Of a stretch of 64,000 bases of DNA, positions 23,201-35,000 are shown piece after piece. Numbering within the stretch: the first letter of the stretch is position 1; every line of letters begins with the position of its first letter. This stretch comes from Phaeosaccion multiseriatum. Its lineage: Eukaryota; Protista; Ochrophyta, other classes. The DNA lies in NCBI GenBank assembly GCA_965112735.1, contig OZ218953.1:496001-560000 (forward strand), read 5' to 3'. Under the pieces are notes generated by a model. The model was not told where the DNA came from, searched no databases, and worked only from the letters and a program-made list of their open reading frames with translations. A program made the translations under genes and the position numbers.

Positions 23201-25410
23201 CCGCCCACCCGATCTACCTCGTCCCACCCCATCCCCTTCACCCACCGCACTTTCCCACCTACCCACCCACCCACCCACCGCATCGCATCCAGGCTCTGCG
23301 GCGCTCGGCTCAACGCGAGTCAGAATCCCTCCTCCTCGAGGCCGAGAGAGCACGTCAGTCGTACACCCTGCGCACCAAGGCCCTTCGGAGGGAGGAGCTG
23401 CTGCGCTCCTTGCTCGTGCTGCAGAGAGTCATAAGGGGGCATATGGGTCGTCTTCGCTGTGCCCGCCGTCGGCGAGCGAAGGAACAAGTGCGAGGGGCGC
23501 TGAGGAGGGCGCTGGTGTGGCAGAGGGAGCGGAGAGAGAGGGAGCGGAGGAACGGGGCTGCCGTGGTGGTGCAGGCTAGGTGAGGGAGTGAAGAGGGGGG
23601 GGGGGTGAGTCGAGGGAGAAGGTGAATAGAGCGAGGCGAGGGAGACATGAAAAGGCCTCTGCGTGTGTGTGTGTGTGTGGCTTTGTGGCGTTGACTTACT
23701 TAGTGGGTCCCCCTCCCCGGGGCCAGTTCACTTACCCCCCGCCTTCCTGGGCACCTTTTTCATGCCCTTCTCTTTCCCATTTTTATTCTCGAACACTTGT
23801 CATTTCTCTCACCCAATGTGTCTTTCCCTGCACACATACACACACACACGCACGCACACACACACACACACACTCACACGCAGGATGAGGGGCGTGGTGT
23901 GCCGCCTCCGGAGAGCGAGGCAAATCCGTGCCGTGCTGCTCTGCCAGGCTCAGACCCGAGGATGGCAGCAGAGGGCAAGGGTGAGAGGGCCCATGACAGC
24001 CTACCTTGACGCACGCGCCCGCAGCAGAGAGAGGCTGCAGTGCACGGGGCGAATGTTGGTGCACCGGAGGAGGTTCAACAAATGGCGCAAGGCCACAGTG
24101 CTTGTACAGGCCCAGCAGAGAGGTCAAAGGGGCAGGAGGGAGGCACAAGAAAGGAGGGCGGCGGGGCAAAGGATACGTAGAGGGGCGCGTAGGTGCTTGT
24201 TCCAAAGGCGGCGTGGGATGGCAGCTGTGGTGATCGGTGCGCAGGTTCGAGGTCTGTTGCAGCGAAGGAGGATCGAGGTGGCGTTGGCAGGGCACTTGGG
24301 TCGGAGGAGCGAGGCACGCACGCGCCTGCAGGCCTTTGGGAGGGGACGTTGCATGCAGAGGAGAGCTTACGTGCGGCTAAGAAGGGCGGCGCTGGTGGTG
24401 CAGAGCTTGCAGAGGGGGCGCGAGGGGAGAAGGAGGGCGGAGGCCGTGAGGGAGGAGCAGGCGCGGATTCTTGCAGAGCAAGAGGCGGCAGCAGCAGCAG
24501 CAGCAGCCGAGGAGGCGGAAAGAGTGCGGCAAGCAGCTGAGCAGGCGGAGGTGGAGAGGGTGCGTGAGGAAGCGGCGGCGGTGGCTGTACAGAGGGTGCA
24601 ACGCGGTCGGGCGGAGCGCAGTCGGGGTCGGAGGAGAGGGGAAGCGGCGGTCTTGATCCAGGCCGTGGTGAGGGGGCGGACGGGGCGCAGAGCGGCAAGG
24701 GATGCAAAGGAACGGGAAGAGCGTGACGCCAACGAGGTGGCGACTCTTAAAGAGGAGAAGCAGCGCCAGGACGTGGTCCAGGAGGGCGGACAGCAGGGGA
24801 AGTTGGTGATACAGAGGCAGGGGCAGTTGCTGACAGAGGGGCAGGGGCAGAGGCAGGGGCAGGAGGAGGAGGAGGAGAAGAGCAAGGAGCACTCCGCGCC
24901 CCCGCGCATCGAAGTGCCTAAACTCAGACTCCCGCTCAGCGCTGGAGGCGAGAAGCAGGAGGGCGACAAGCAGGAAGGGGTCCAGAAGCAGGAGGAGGGC
25001 GAGATGAAGAATGGGGAGAGCGACTGTCAGCAAGGCTCGGAGCAGGGGGTGGACGTCGGGAAAGGCGAAATGACGACGCCGACACCAGGTAGTGGGCTCA
25101 GCAGCGGCAGCAGCAGCAACAGCAGCACGGAGAGAGGCGCTTCACCGAGGGTTAGCGCGTCTTCGTCTTCTTCTTCTGCGGCTTCTTTGTCTTCATCTTT
25201 CCCATCGCTATCCGAGGATGAGGAGGAGGAGGGCGTGGAGGCTGACGCGTGGACCGATCCCCACAAGCAAGGAGCCTCAGAGTCGGGAGAGGCGCCACAA
25301 GAGGCCGCGAGGAGCGTGAGCGGAGGAGGAGAGGGGCCTCGAGGAGATGGACCGCCAGGAGAAACCCTCCTCCCACACACAGGAGGGGACATCGCAGCAG
25401 CGGCAGAGCA

Positions 25411-25448
<38 letters not shown>

Positions 25449-27726
25449 TGGTGATACAACAGCAGTCATCTGGGCATGATGATGCAAGCGCCCCGCCCGG
25501 GGAAGACGGGTGCTTGCACTCGACACGCGCGGAGGACAAAGTCGAAGGATCGCCCTCCTCGCCAGCCTGTCTTTCTACTGATGGCCAGGAAAGAGAGTTA
25601 CCAACCTCTCTTTCTACTGATGGCCAGGAAAGAGAGTTACCAACCTCTCTTTCTACTGATGGCCAGGAAAGAGAGTTACCAACCTCTCTTTCTACTGATG
25701 GCCAGGAAAGAGAGTTACTAACCTCTCGTTCTGCTGAGGGCCAGAAAGGGGGGTTACCTGCCTCTCTTTCTGCTGAGGGCCAGGAGGAAGCATCCTCATC
25801 ACCTGTCTCTCTCGCGGCTGGTGGCAAGATCGAAGGAGATTCACCAGCCTCTCTCGGTGCTGATAGCAAGATCGAAGGAGAAGGAGCACCCTTCTCACCG
25901 ATGTCTCTCTCAGCGGAGGGGAAGGAAGGAATCGCGGAAGGACCACAGTCTGCACGAGTCGGTCTCGCTGCTCCGGGCAAAGCTGAAGGAGCGCCTCCAT
26001 CCTTGGCCCCTCTCGCTGCTGAGGACAGGGAAGGAGAGTCACTCGTCGCTCGCGCTGCTGAGGGCAGGAAGGAAGAAGCACAAGCTGCATCCGACCATCT
26101 CGCTCCTGAGCACAAGGAAGGAGCAGAGCCATCAGCCATGCATCTCGCTCCTGAGCACAAGGAAGGAGCAGAGCCATCAGCAGTGCGTCTCACTGCTACA
26201 CCCGCCGCCTCCGGAGCCCTAGCAGGGGCCGAGGTGGGAGGACAAGTGACAGCCACGCAAGAGTCGGCTGCTGATGCGTTCACTGCCGAGACGGTGGAGG
26301 AAGCGGAAGAATGGACAACTCAGGTGCGAGGAGGAGAGGAGGGGATTCGTCCGGTGGATTCCTTCCGAGGGGAGGGAGTGGGGTTGAGTCAGGTGGGGGC
26401 ATCTCGAGAGGTGGGAGAGGAGGCGGGGGAGGGTAGTGGGAAGAGGGAGGAGGGCAAGAGAGGGTACCTCCGAAAGGACGAGGGTCAGAAGGATGGGACC
26501 AGTGCCGCGGTGGGAGGCGGGGAAGGAGAAGGAGGGAGGAGGCGCGAAGGGGCACAGGCCACCACTGGCAGTAGCGACGAGGAGAGAGAGATTTGGACGG
26601 CGAGCGAGAGAGAGAGAGGGAGTGATGAGCGACCACTTCAAAGCGGAGGGAACAAGGCGCGCGCGCAAGAGGAAGAAGGGGGTAGGAGCACGGGCAGGAG
26701 TGGGGGCAGTACGAGTGCTAGTGCTAGTGTCAGAGCTGCAGTCGACTCTCTGCATACTAGTCCGGGGGGAGAGAGCGCTCCCGTATATGTGCCCATGTTG
26801 TTGTCTGAGCGTCGCCAAGAGGGAGAATTGACGAAGCAAGCGGAGGAGGGAGAAGAGACGAAGCAGGCGGAGGAGGCAAAGAAGGAGAAGAAGGAGGAGG
26901 ACGAGCTGAAGGAGGAGGAGGTGCAACCTGCTCCGACTGCGGACTCCCCTACAGAAGAGGTTTCAGCCACAGCTTCTTCGAGCGCGGCCGCCGGAATGGA
27001 CGAGAATGATGGTGGTGGCGGTGGTGGAGGAGGCGAAGGAGGAGGAGTGGTAGGAGACACGCTGAAGGAGGAGGGAGAGGAGACGGTAGAGCAGGGGGCA
27101 GAGCAGAAAGAGGAGGAGGAGGAGGAGGAGGACTTGTCCAAGTCAAAGGTGCCTCTCTCGACCGCCGCTGTTGCTGCTGCTGCATCGACCCCGCCCCCCT
27201 CGTCGCCGTCGTCGGAGTCGGAGTCGGAATCGGAGTCAGATACGGATTCGGAAGCTTCAGCGGGTCCGGGGGGGGCAGCGGTGGACTCGGCTTGGAGTGG
27301 AAAGGTCGTCGCCAAGGGCCAGGGCAGGGGCAGGGACAGGGGCAAGGTGAAGGCGGGGACATCATGACGACAGCAGTGCCCCTCCACGGTGTTGCAGAGG
27401 GAAGTGATAGTCACGGCAGGAGCGCTAGCAGCAGGGCTAGCAGCGGGGCTAGCAACAGTGCTAGCAGCAGCAGCAGAAGCAGCAGCAGCGAGGGGCGAGA
27501 GCACCAGGGGATGGCACCAGAGGGCGGCGAGGAGGCCCTTGGTGGGGGGGAGATGGATGTGAGCTCGGTGTCGGGGCTGCTCGCTGCGAAGGCAGCGGAC
27601 GGGGCTGAGAAGGCAGTAGATGGGAAGGTGTCGTCGTTGGTGGTGGCAGGGGTGGCAAAGGGAGTCGCGTCTGCGGGTGACGAGAAGGAGGAGGTAGTGA
27701 TGGAGGTTCATGAGAAACAGGAGGAG

Positions 27727-27771
<45 letters not shown>

Positions 27772-28651
27772 GAGGAGGAGGAGGAGGAGGAGGAGGAGGA
27801 GGAGGTGTTTAGTGGGGTGCAGGCGAAGTGGTGGCAGCGAGGGGGCAACAGGCAAGGGAAGAGCAAGGCCAAGGCCAAGAGCAAGGCCACCAAGGGTAAG
27901 GGTAAGGGTAAGGGCAAGGGCAAGTGGAACGGCAGGAGAAGCAAGGGCCAGCGTGATGCGGACAAGGGGGTGGCGCAGCGGGAAGGCGATATGCGCAAGT
28001 CGCAAGAGGGGGAGCAGTACGCGCTGAAGGCCGAGGGTTCGATGCCTACCTGTGAAAAAGAAGACGAAGAGCAGGCGGTCGAGGAGGAGCTAGCGCAGGC
28101 CTCTGATCCTTTGACTCAAGAAGCTCAGGCGTCCCTGTCTCCGCTCCCTCGTCAGGAAGCGACTGAGAAGGCTAAGGCATGGGCATCCTCTGAGAAGGAT
28201 GAGGGCGAGGGCGAGGGGGAGGGCAAGGAGGAGGAGGAGGAGGAGGGGGGGGGGGCGGCGGGTGACTGGGGACTCCAAGGAGGAAGCGGAAGGGGATGAG
28301 CACTACGTCAGTAGTAGTAGTAGCAGCAGTAGCGGTGGCAGTGGCAGTAGTAGCGGCAACGACAGTACAGCCAGTAGGGAGAAGAGGACAAGGAAAAAGA
28401 AACGACGGACAGAGTCGAGGATAAGAATGGATGAAGACGAGGAGGAGGAGGTAGCGGAGAGTGAGGGTACGATGGCGGCTGTCACCAGCGGCCGCGCTAG
28501 GAAGGTCCGTAGCAGTGGTGTACGGGGAGGGGGTGCAACCTCGAGATTCACCATTTGGGGGGGAGGGGGGATGAAGAAGACAGGCCAGAGTCTGCTCCCC
28601 CCCAAGGGTGTCGAGTATTCGGCGATCCCCCCTCTTGCAGCAGAAGAGTAA
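14592..28651 (+). CDS. Very large multi-exon protein: several degenerate C2-like domains, an EF-hand pair, coiled coil, IQ-motif array and an acidic disordered tail
   Basis: C2-like segments (SVTVVDAVGL, WGQDVEL, LVGQAKIPL, WFALRD...GRIKVSI). EF hands LFYRLDRDGSGAIALPEL and MFRHMDTDRDGLVSWEEW. IQ-like motifs (LQRVIRGHMGR, VQAQQRGQRGR, VQSLQRGREGR, IQAVVRGRTGR). Phase-consistent GT-AG introns, e.g. 17603-17906, 18707-18828, 20827-21421. Frame jumps at ~27325 and ~28250 sit in G-runs and are probably indel errors. Confidence 0.7.
20880..21372. repeat. (CCCT)n tetranucleotide tract filling an intron
   Basis: Seen directly, between GTGAGC (20827) and CTCAG (21421). Confidence 0.97.
25571..25735 (+). 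repeat. Coding minisatellite, 39-bp unit x ~4 (LSTDGQERELPTS), decaying downstream
   Basis: CTTTCTACTGATGGCCAGGAAAGAGAGTTACCAACCTCT in tandem. Confidence 0.95.
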
Positions 28652-28859
28652 TGATGTCGCCCCTCTGCTTTTCCATAGCTGAGTACAGGGCAATAGTTCC
28701 TGCCTCATCGAGGGGCTCGTCCAAGCATGCCTTCCTCCCTCCGTTTGTATCTTTTACCCTCTCTCTCCTTCAGGCGAGAGGGAGGGAGGGAGGATGGATG
28801 TGGAATTTGGAGCGAGTTTTCCGGGGCAAATCAGGGGATTCCGTGTTGTTTTCACGCCT

Positions 28860-28990
28860 CCGCTGCGAGAACCATTTTGGCCTGCGCTCTTTACGAGCAC
28901 AAAGAGTTTTTCGAGAGTTAGTTACAGTCGAAAAACGAAAAACTCTTTGTGCTCGTACAGGGCGCAGACTAAAATGCCCTCGCAAGGCGG
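28860..28990. other. Long inverted repeat / hairpin, candidate pre-miRNA or foldback element
   Basis: Arms 28873-28913 and 28936-28976: 41 bp with 4 differences, two of them G-U compatible. Perfect 22-bp core at 28892-28913 / 28936-28957. Confidence 0.8.
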
Positions 28991-29188
28991 CTGATGGGCT
29001 TAAAGGACTGAAACCAATGTGAAATGCACACATACATGTAGTTTGAGTATACAGTACGTGGCTAGCTACTGCAGTTTCGCGGTAGGCTCAGGGTGGCCCC
29101 CTGAAGCCGGCCGATTTTCCCTTCCCTCTCTCTCTTCTAAACACTCGATTTGCGTAAGAATCGCCCAAATCATTTGGAAGAACGCCGC

Positions 29189-29192
<4 letters not shown>

Positions 29193-29230
<38 letters not shown>
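29193..29230. repeat. (TA)n microsatellite
   Basis: Seen directly. Confidence 0.97.
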
Positions 29231-29236
<6 letters not shown>

Positions 29237-29569
29237 CTCTTCGTGTAGCTCTTTGAATTCCTTCCGACACACATACTCTCTCGTCTTTCGACACTTCCTT
29301 CCTTTCCTAGTTTCAGTAATTTTATAAAGCTTGGTCCCCCTCTTCTTTATTTTTGCTTTACCCGAACGATAGAGTGACCAAAAGGAAGTCACCCCGGGGT
29401 TTTAAAGAACTTTGCAGCAGGAGAGGAGAGAAATTGAGAGAAATGTAAAAGGGGGAGGAGGTTCGAGGTGTTAAAGTCGTGAAGGAGCGTTGCAGCAGCC
29501 AGGGGAGAGAGAGAGCAAAGCTCAGCTGTGTTTTGGTGCGCACCGGCCGCGGATATAAGCAGCCAAGAC

Positions 29570-30577
29570 ATGAAGCCGGAAGGGAAGGAGGTGAAGAGGG
29601 CGATCAAAGAAACAGAGCGGAGGCTCTTTGCCGCCGGTAGGACGTTGACGAAGCAGCAGAAGCGTTGGCCTGTAAGGCCCTGGGTTTTCAGGATCCAAGT
29701 GTGGCCGCTTTCTCATGACTGTTACGCTTTTGTTGGCTGTGCTTGCGGCGCCTTCCTGATGGGGCTGGCCGGAGGACCTCGACGACGGCATATTAATTAT
29801 CTGCTGCTCACGGGGGGAATCACGATTGTACTCTTCACCCTTGCAGTATTTCTTCGATTGGCGCTCCAAAGGGTTTCGATTGGCCAGCAGCCGGTGCAGC
29901 AGCAACATGAGGGAGTGGTGGGGGGAGGGGCAGGAGGAGAGGCTGAGGAGGGGGAGACGGAGCTACTCAGTGCAAAGCAAGAAGAAGAAGAAGAAGAAGA
30001 AGAAGAGCAAGGAGGAGGAGGAGGAGGAGAACAAGGAGGAGGAGGAGCAGGAGGAGGAGGAGGAGGAGGAGGAGGAGGAGGAGGAGGAGGAGGAGGAGGA
30101 GGAGGAGGAGGAGGAGGAGGAGGAGGAGGAGGAGGAGGAGGAGGAGGAGGAGGAGGAGGAGGAGGAGGAGGAGGAGGAGGAGGAGGAGGAGGAGGAGGAG
30201 GAGGAGGAGGAGGAGGAGGAGGAGGAGAAGGGGATTCGCCCCCTGGCCTGTTTGACGCTGTGGAGGCCTCGAGGCGCCTTAGGGCCCTTCTCCAGGACAC
30301 CAAAAGGGAGCTGCATCACCATCAGCGTGGTCGCTTCCTAGATGCGGAATTATCAACACTCGCCGCCGAACTGCGCTCCGCTGAGTTCAAGTTGGAGAAA
30401 ATGGTGAAGGGCGTCGAGCGGCAGCTGCAGGAGAGGGAGAAGGCGGCACAGAAGGAGGTCGATGTAATTACACTCCCTGCCGGTAACACTTTCCGCCCGA
30501 GGGGCCAGGTCGGCGCTTCGCTTTTTGCTTGTTTCATTGTGGCCTGTTATGTTTTCTTCATGTGCATGATATGTTGA
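29570..30577 (+). CDS. Hypothetical membrane protein (two hydrophobic helices, long GGA tract, coiled coil)
   Basis: ATG at 29570 in ORF 29528..30577. Hydrophobic segments CYAFVGCACGAFLMGLA and YLLLTGGITIVLFTLAVFL, (GGA)n at ~30011-30226, then the coiled-coil-like ELSTLAAELRSAEFKLEKMVKGVERQLQE. The 3' end is uncertain (possible donor near 30509). Confidence 0.5.
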   Translation: MKPEGKEVKRAIKETERRLFAAGRTLTKQQKRWPVRPWVFRIQVWPLSHDCYAFVGCACGAFLMGLAGGPRRRHINYLLLTGGITIVLFTLAVFLRLALQRVSIGQQPVQQQHEGVVGGGAGGEAEEGETELLSAKQEEEEEEEEEQGGGGGGEQGGGGAGGGGGGGGGGGGGGGGGGGGGGGGGGGGGGGGGGGGGGGGGGGGGGGGGGGGGGGGGGGEGDSPPGLFDAVEASRRLRALLQDTKRELHHHQRGRFLDAELSTLAAELRSAEFKLEKMVKGVERQLQEREKAAQKEVDVITLPAGNTFRPRGQVGASLFACFIVACYVFFMCMIC

Positions 30578-30767
30578 GAAGGAGAATGGAACACAGAGGA
30601 GTGCAGAGAAGATGCTTCGGGGATGGACATTAGTCATTGGACTCGTCCATCTCTGTCCATTTCCCGTGGCCCAACAAGTAGTGATGGGGAAGTGATCTAG
30701 AGGCCGGGGGATCGTTGTGAAAGAGTTGGGATATTTTGTAGATGCTTTTTCATGTACTTCGAACTAG

Positions 30768-30915
30768 TCGACCCCTCACGTGCGATCTGCTATCTGCTAC
30801 CGCCGGTGCCAGCCGGCGCGCATGCTATCTGCTATCGCCAGCGTCAGCCGGCGCGCTATCTGGGGAGGGCCCGATAGCATGCCGAGAATGTGGTCGATAG
30901 CACGTCAGGGGTCGA
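30768..30915. mobile_element. Complete 148-bp MITE
   Basis: TIRs TCGACCCCTCACGTGC / GCACGTCAGGGGTCGA (1 mismatch in 16), with TAG on both flanks (30765-67, 30916-18). Internal TGCTATCTGCTA and GCCGGC repeats. Confidence 0.8.
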
Positions 30916-31476
30916 TAGTAGCTAGGGAGAAAAGGGAGAAAGGGAAATTGTAAACAAGTGCACATAAAGCCCGTCTCGACTGCTCGGCGGCCAGTCAGAC
31001 TCTGCAATTCTAGTATAACCTTCTTTACTGCTTGGCTGCATGTACATTGGCTGGCCAACGCTCAGGTTCAGAGATTAAGTGGCACAGTTCCCGCCAACTG
31101 AGGAAGGGCAAGGGGTTCCGCTCTGGGGTGACGCAGAAGGTGGTTTGAGCATGGGTTGCTCCTCGTCGGGACACCCCTAGAGCGAGAGCAGGCCTGCCGC
31201 TCGTGGGTAGGCAGCTGACGGCACCAGTCCAATAAGCTGGTCAACAACCGCCCGACGTAGAACACAGTCTTCCAATCTCCCTTTGAGTTGGTAACATCGG
31301 TAGCTACCTCCCTCTCCTCTCCATGTCTTCCGTCCGGGCAGGAGCAGGGGTGGCCGTTTGCATGCACCCACTGCTTCATCGTTTGACTGCCGACACGAGA
31401 GACATGCCATCGTAAGGAAATCGTTCTTGAACTTCACGGCGCGCGGCCCGCCTCTCGGTTCGACTCGGTCACCTCG

Positions 31477-31590
31477 TCGACCCCTGACGTGCTATCGACC
31501 ACATTCTCGATTAGAATGCACGCCGGCTGGCGCCGGCGATATAGCAGATAGCATGCCGGCTGGCGCCGGCCGATATAAGACGATAGCAGG
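31477..31590. mobile_element. Second, inverted and one-ended copy of the same MITE family
   Basis: TCGACCCCTGACGTGCTATCGACCACATTCTCG (31477-31509) is the exact reverse complement of 30883-30915. Confidence 0.75.
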
Positions 31591-31608
31591 AGGAGCGAGC
31601 AAAGAATA

Positions 31609-31643
31609 ACTTTATTGACTTAATAGGAATCACCTAAGAATAT

Positions 31644-31688
<45 letters not shown>

Positions 31689-31884
31689 TGTGCCCGTATC
31701 TCTGTGTCTCCGGGGCCCTTGAGGGGCCGGTTACTCCCCCTCTTAGGCGGGGAGGGGGATTGCGGGACCAGCTCCGCGCCCGTGCGGGAGACTACGTGCT
31801 CGGCGAGTGCGTGTAGGAGCGATTGTGCCTGTGCGCGAGTCCTATAGAGAGAGGGGGGGGGGGGCACTTTATTGACTTAATAGG
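31609..31884 (-). mobile_element. Short insertion bounded by 19-bp direct repeats, with a (CA)n tract; SINE-like or retroelement terminus
   Basis: ACTTTATTGACTTAATAGG at 31609-31627 and 31866-31884, with (GT)n at ~31646-31686. Confidence 0.5.
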
Positions 31885-32001
31885 GGGGGGGGGTCACAGC
31901 TGTCTCCGGTAAATCACCAACTCGACATTCAAATCTCTGCCCCAGCAGAGCAGAGGGGTAGGGCGCTACTGCCGCCTGATCCCCCACAAAGACGCTTACT
32001 C

Positions 32002-35000
32002 ATGGCCTCTGGACCGCTGCTGCTGAAGCAGCTGCTGCATGCGGGCACCCCGGGTTGGTCTTCTCCTCTGACCTTCCCGCTGGAAGGAGGAGTACCTCCC
32101 TCGGCGGAGACTGCCAAACAGGCAGTGGGTGCTCTGAACCAGATTTTGATTGGCGAGACGACGGGGCTGCAAAGGAAGGTGAACACGGGCGGACATGGGG
32201 GGGCGCGAGAGGCGGGAGCAGGAGCTACAGTAGGCGGGGAGGGCATTCGAGTGCAGACAGTTCACGCCGTCTTTACAGGTACGCACCTTGCTTCCAATCC
32301 CTCCTTGCCCTCGCTATGTGTGTGCAACAGCACGAGCTTCCACTACCACTACTGCTTGCTGCTGCAGCTGTATGTGAGCAGTCGCAGTCACTTTCTTTTG
32401 TTCGGCTCCTTTACGGTCTCTTTGGCGCACCCCACCCCTACTGCTGGCCCCCTTCTCCTCCCTCGACCATTTTCCTGCTGTGCTCTGCCCTCCCCCTTTC
32501 TCCTTCTTCTTCCATGTCTTCACTACGCCTTGTCGCGAACGGAAGTGGTAGCCCTGGGCTCGGACTCCCGCTCCTCCGCCCCCCGAACCTACAAAGCCTT
32601 TGTAGACGCCCTCCTCGACGCCAGCCTGTCGCTCCTCCTGCCCTCCCTCCTTACCCTTCTCATGACCACGGCTCGGGCAAAGAAGGTCTCTGCAGACAGC
32701 TCCGCCGCGAGACACCCGAGCGGCGAGGAGGGCCACCCCAGACCAGAAGCAGTAGTTGGTGATGCGGCCGAGGCCTTCGCCGCCGCGGCCAGACACCTCT
32801 GCGGCTTGGCTGTGAGCGGCTCGGGGGGAAATACCAAGGTAGGTAGGGAGTAGAACAGAGCAGTGACCTCACAGTCAGCCACACCCACAGCCCCCTACTC
32901 ATGCTGCCGCACCAACCAAACCCACCATGTTGTGGTCGTGATCCCATTCCCGAAGGTGTATGTGGTCGCAGTGACGGGTCTGGGCAAGCTGGTTAGGACG
33001 TGGCCTGCCGCCCTCCGCGGAGGCAAGCTCAATGTCACCCGTATGGTGCAATTCGTGTGCAAGGCCTATCGCGAGGGACAGAGGCCCATCTTCGAGCTGC
33101 TGCGCCAGCGTGACGGGGAAGGGGACAAGGATGGCACGGGCAAGGGCCAGGGCAGGGGTGGGGCCGACGAGAACGACAGACCGCCAATGTCAGCAGAGCA
33201 GCAAGGGCAGGCGGCACAGCAGTTGGTGGTACAGCAGCAGCAGCAGCAGCAGCAAATGAAGGTCGCGAAGATGTTCAACTGCTTCGCACTGCGTTTAGCC
33301 GAACTGCTGGGCTACCTCGGAGCAGAGTGTGCTCCTCCACAGCGGGACGAGGTGTGTGTTTGTGTGTGCGTGTGTGTGTGTGCGCGCGCAGTGGGTTTTA
33401 ATGCGGAGAGGTGTAGGGGTGATGCCGCTTCGCATCGCTGCTCTCGGAGCACCTTCTCCTCCTTTCTCTTTCCGTTCCCTGTGGTTTCTCGTCTCTCTGT
33501 CTGTCTTGTGTTCTCTGTCTCTAGTGCCTCTCTCGCCCTCTCTCTGTCTCTCTTCTCCCTTTCTCTCTCTCTCTCTCTCTCTCTCACTGTATTCGCACCC
33601 CCCCCCCCCCCCCGCCCCCCATCCATCCATCCGCTGCCATCTCCTGACACCCACCCCCCTCCGCCCCCCCAGGTCGTCTCCGCCTTGTGCGCGAGCTTCG
33701 AACAACTCTACCCTCTCTACGTGACAGAGCCTCCCTGTGCAGAGCGCCAAGGCCTGGGCTGGCAGGCGTCGCTGGTCAAGGACCTTCTCTTCCCCAAACA
33801 CATGGAGGCCTGGCTCACCATCATGGGGGGGGGGAGCCACAGTGGAGGAGCGAGCGGAACGGTTCTGGAAAGGTCGCCTGACGTTTCGAGAGCAGAGCAG
33901 GGGTGGTATGATCCCTCGGGATTCTCCGCCACCCTGCTTTTGAGGGGCCTCCAGGAGCTGCAGGCAGCAGGTACGAGCGTGCCCGCCCCCCCCTCCTCAT
34001 CCTCCTCCCTCGTCCTGCCACACTCACCGAGGGTAGAGAGCGCAATTGCGTTGTCTGCCGATGTGACGGAGCTGTTACGATGGATGAGGTAGTAGTCTGA
34101 CTCGAAGCCGCCCCCCCATCCACTGCCATCCCCCCCCCCCCCCTTACAACCCGGTATAGGGCGGCCCTGCACGGTGGGGGCTGTGGTGATGCTAAGCGCG
34201 GCCCTGAGGAGGTGCGGACAAGAGCAGGTTTCCGCTTCTTCGCTTCTCCAAAGAGCGGAGGTGAGCCATCACATCAGATCAACGCCAAACATCCCTCTCC
34301 CCTCTCTATGATCTGTGCTTAGACACATAGACCACCGAAATCCATCCACTGCCATCCCCCCCCCACCTCTTCAATGTGGCAAGTAACAGCGGTCTAACGT
34401 ACGTCTCGTGCGTTTCCCCACCCACCCCTTAGACTGCCATCCCTCTCCTGGAAGGGAGCGTCGCCGCCCTGCACGGGAGGTGGAGTGAATGGGCCACCGA
34501 GAAGCCGCCGTCGGCACGCAAGGCGGGGGATGGCAGCGGAGGGAGGGATGGCAGTGGATGGGGGGTCATCAGTTGCGATAGGTAAGCGCAGCGGCACTGG
34601 TTGAGCCGGTGGGTGGGGAAGGCGGGAGGGACGGGTCTACATCAGCCTCAGCCCCAGGAGCGCTGCTCACGCGCGCACATGCACGCTGTCACTGACTTAC
34701 GCACACTCTCATGCACGCACGCGCGCCCACCCACCCACACACCCACTCACGCACCCACCCACCCCACACACCCACTCACGAACCCGCCCACTTCGACGTT
34801 GATGCTTCGCAGAGTGGAGTACCTCCGCCGCCAGCAAGAAGCGCTGTCGCTGCAATCCGACGCCGCCCAAGGCCTTGCCGCCTGCCTGGGGGCCCTCCTC
34901 AGAGCTGCAGCTACAGCCTCAGCCTCAACCAGAGGAGCTGCAGGCGGTGGTGATACAGTAGTCGAGGCTCGGGAGCTCATTGGAGCGGTGCAGAGCTACC

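Noticed and set aside
27292-28651. Apparent separate genes or programmed frameshifts at the end of the C2/IQ gene
   Set aside because: Both frame changes fall in G-runs or GGGCAG repeats where one indel restores a continuous frame, so sequencing error is more parsimonious. Not verified.
30916-31476. Possible hAT transposase remnant (DVTNSKGDWKTVFYVGRLL)
   Set aside because: Similarity to the TRWNS motif is too weak to support without a search.
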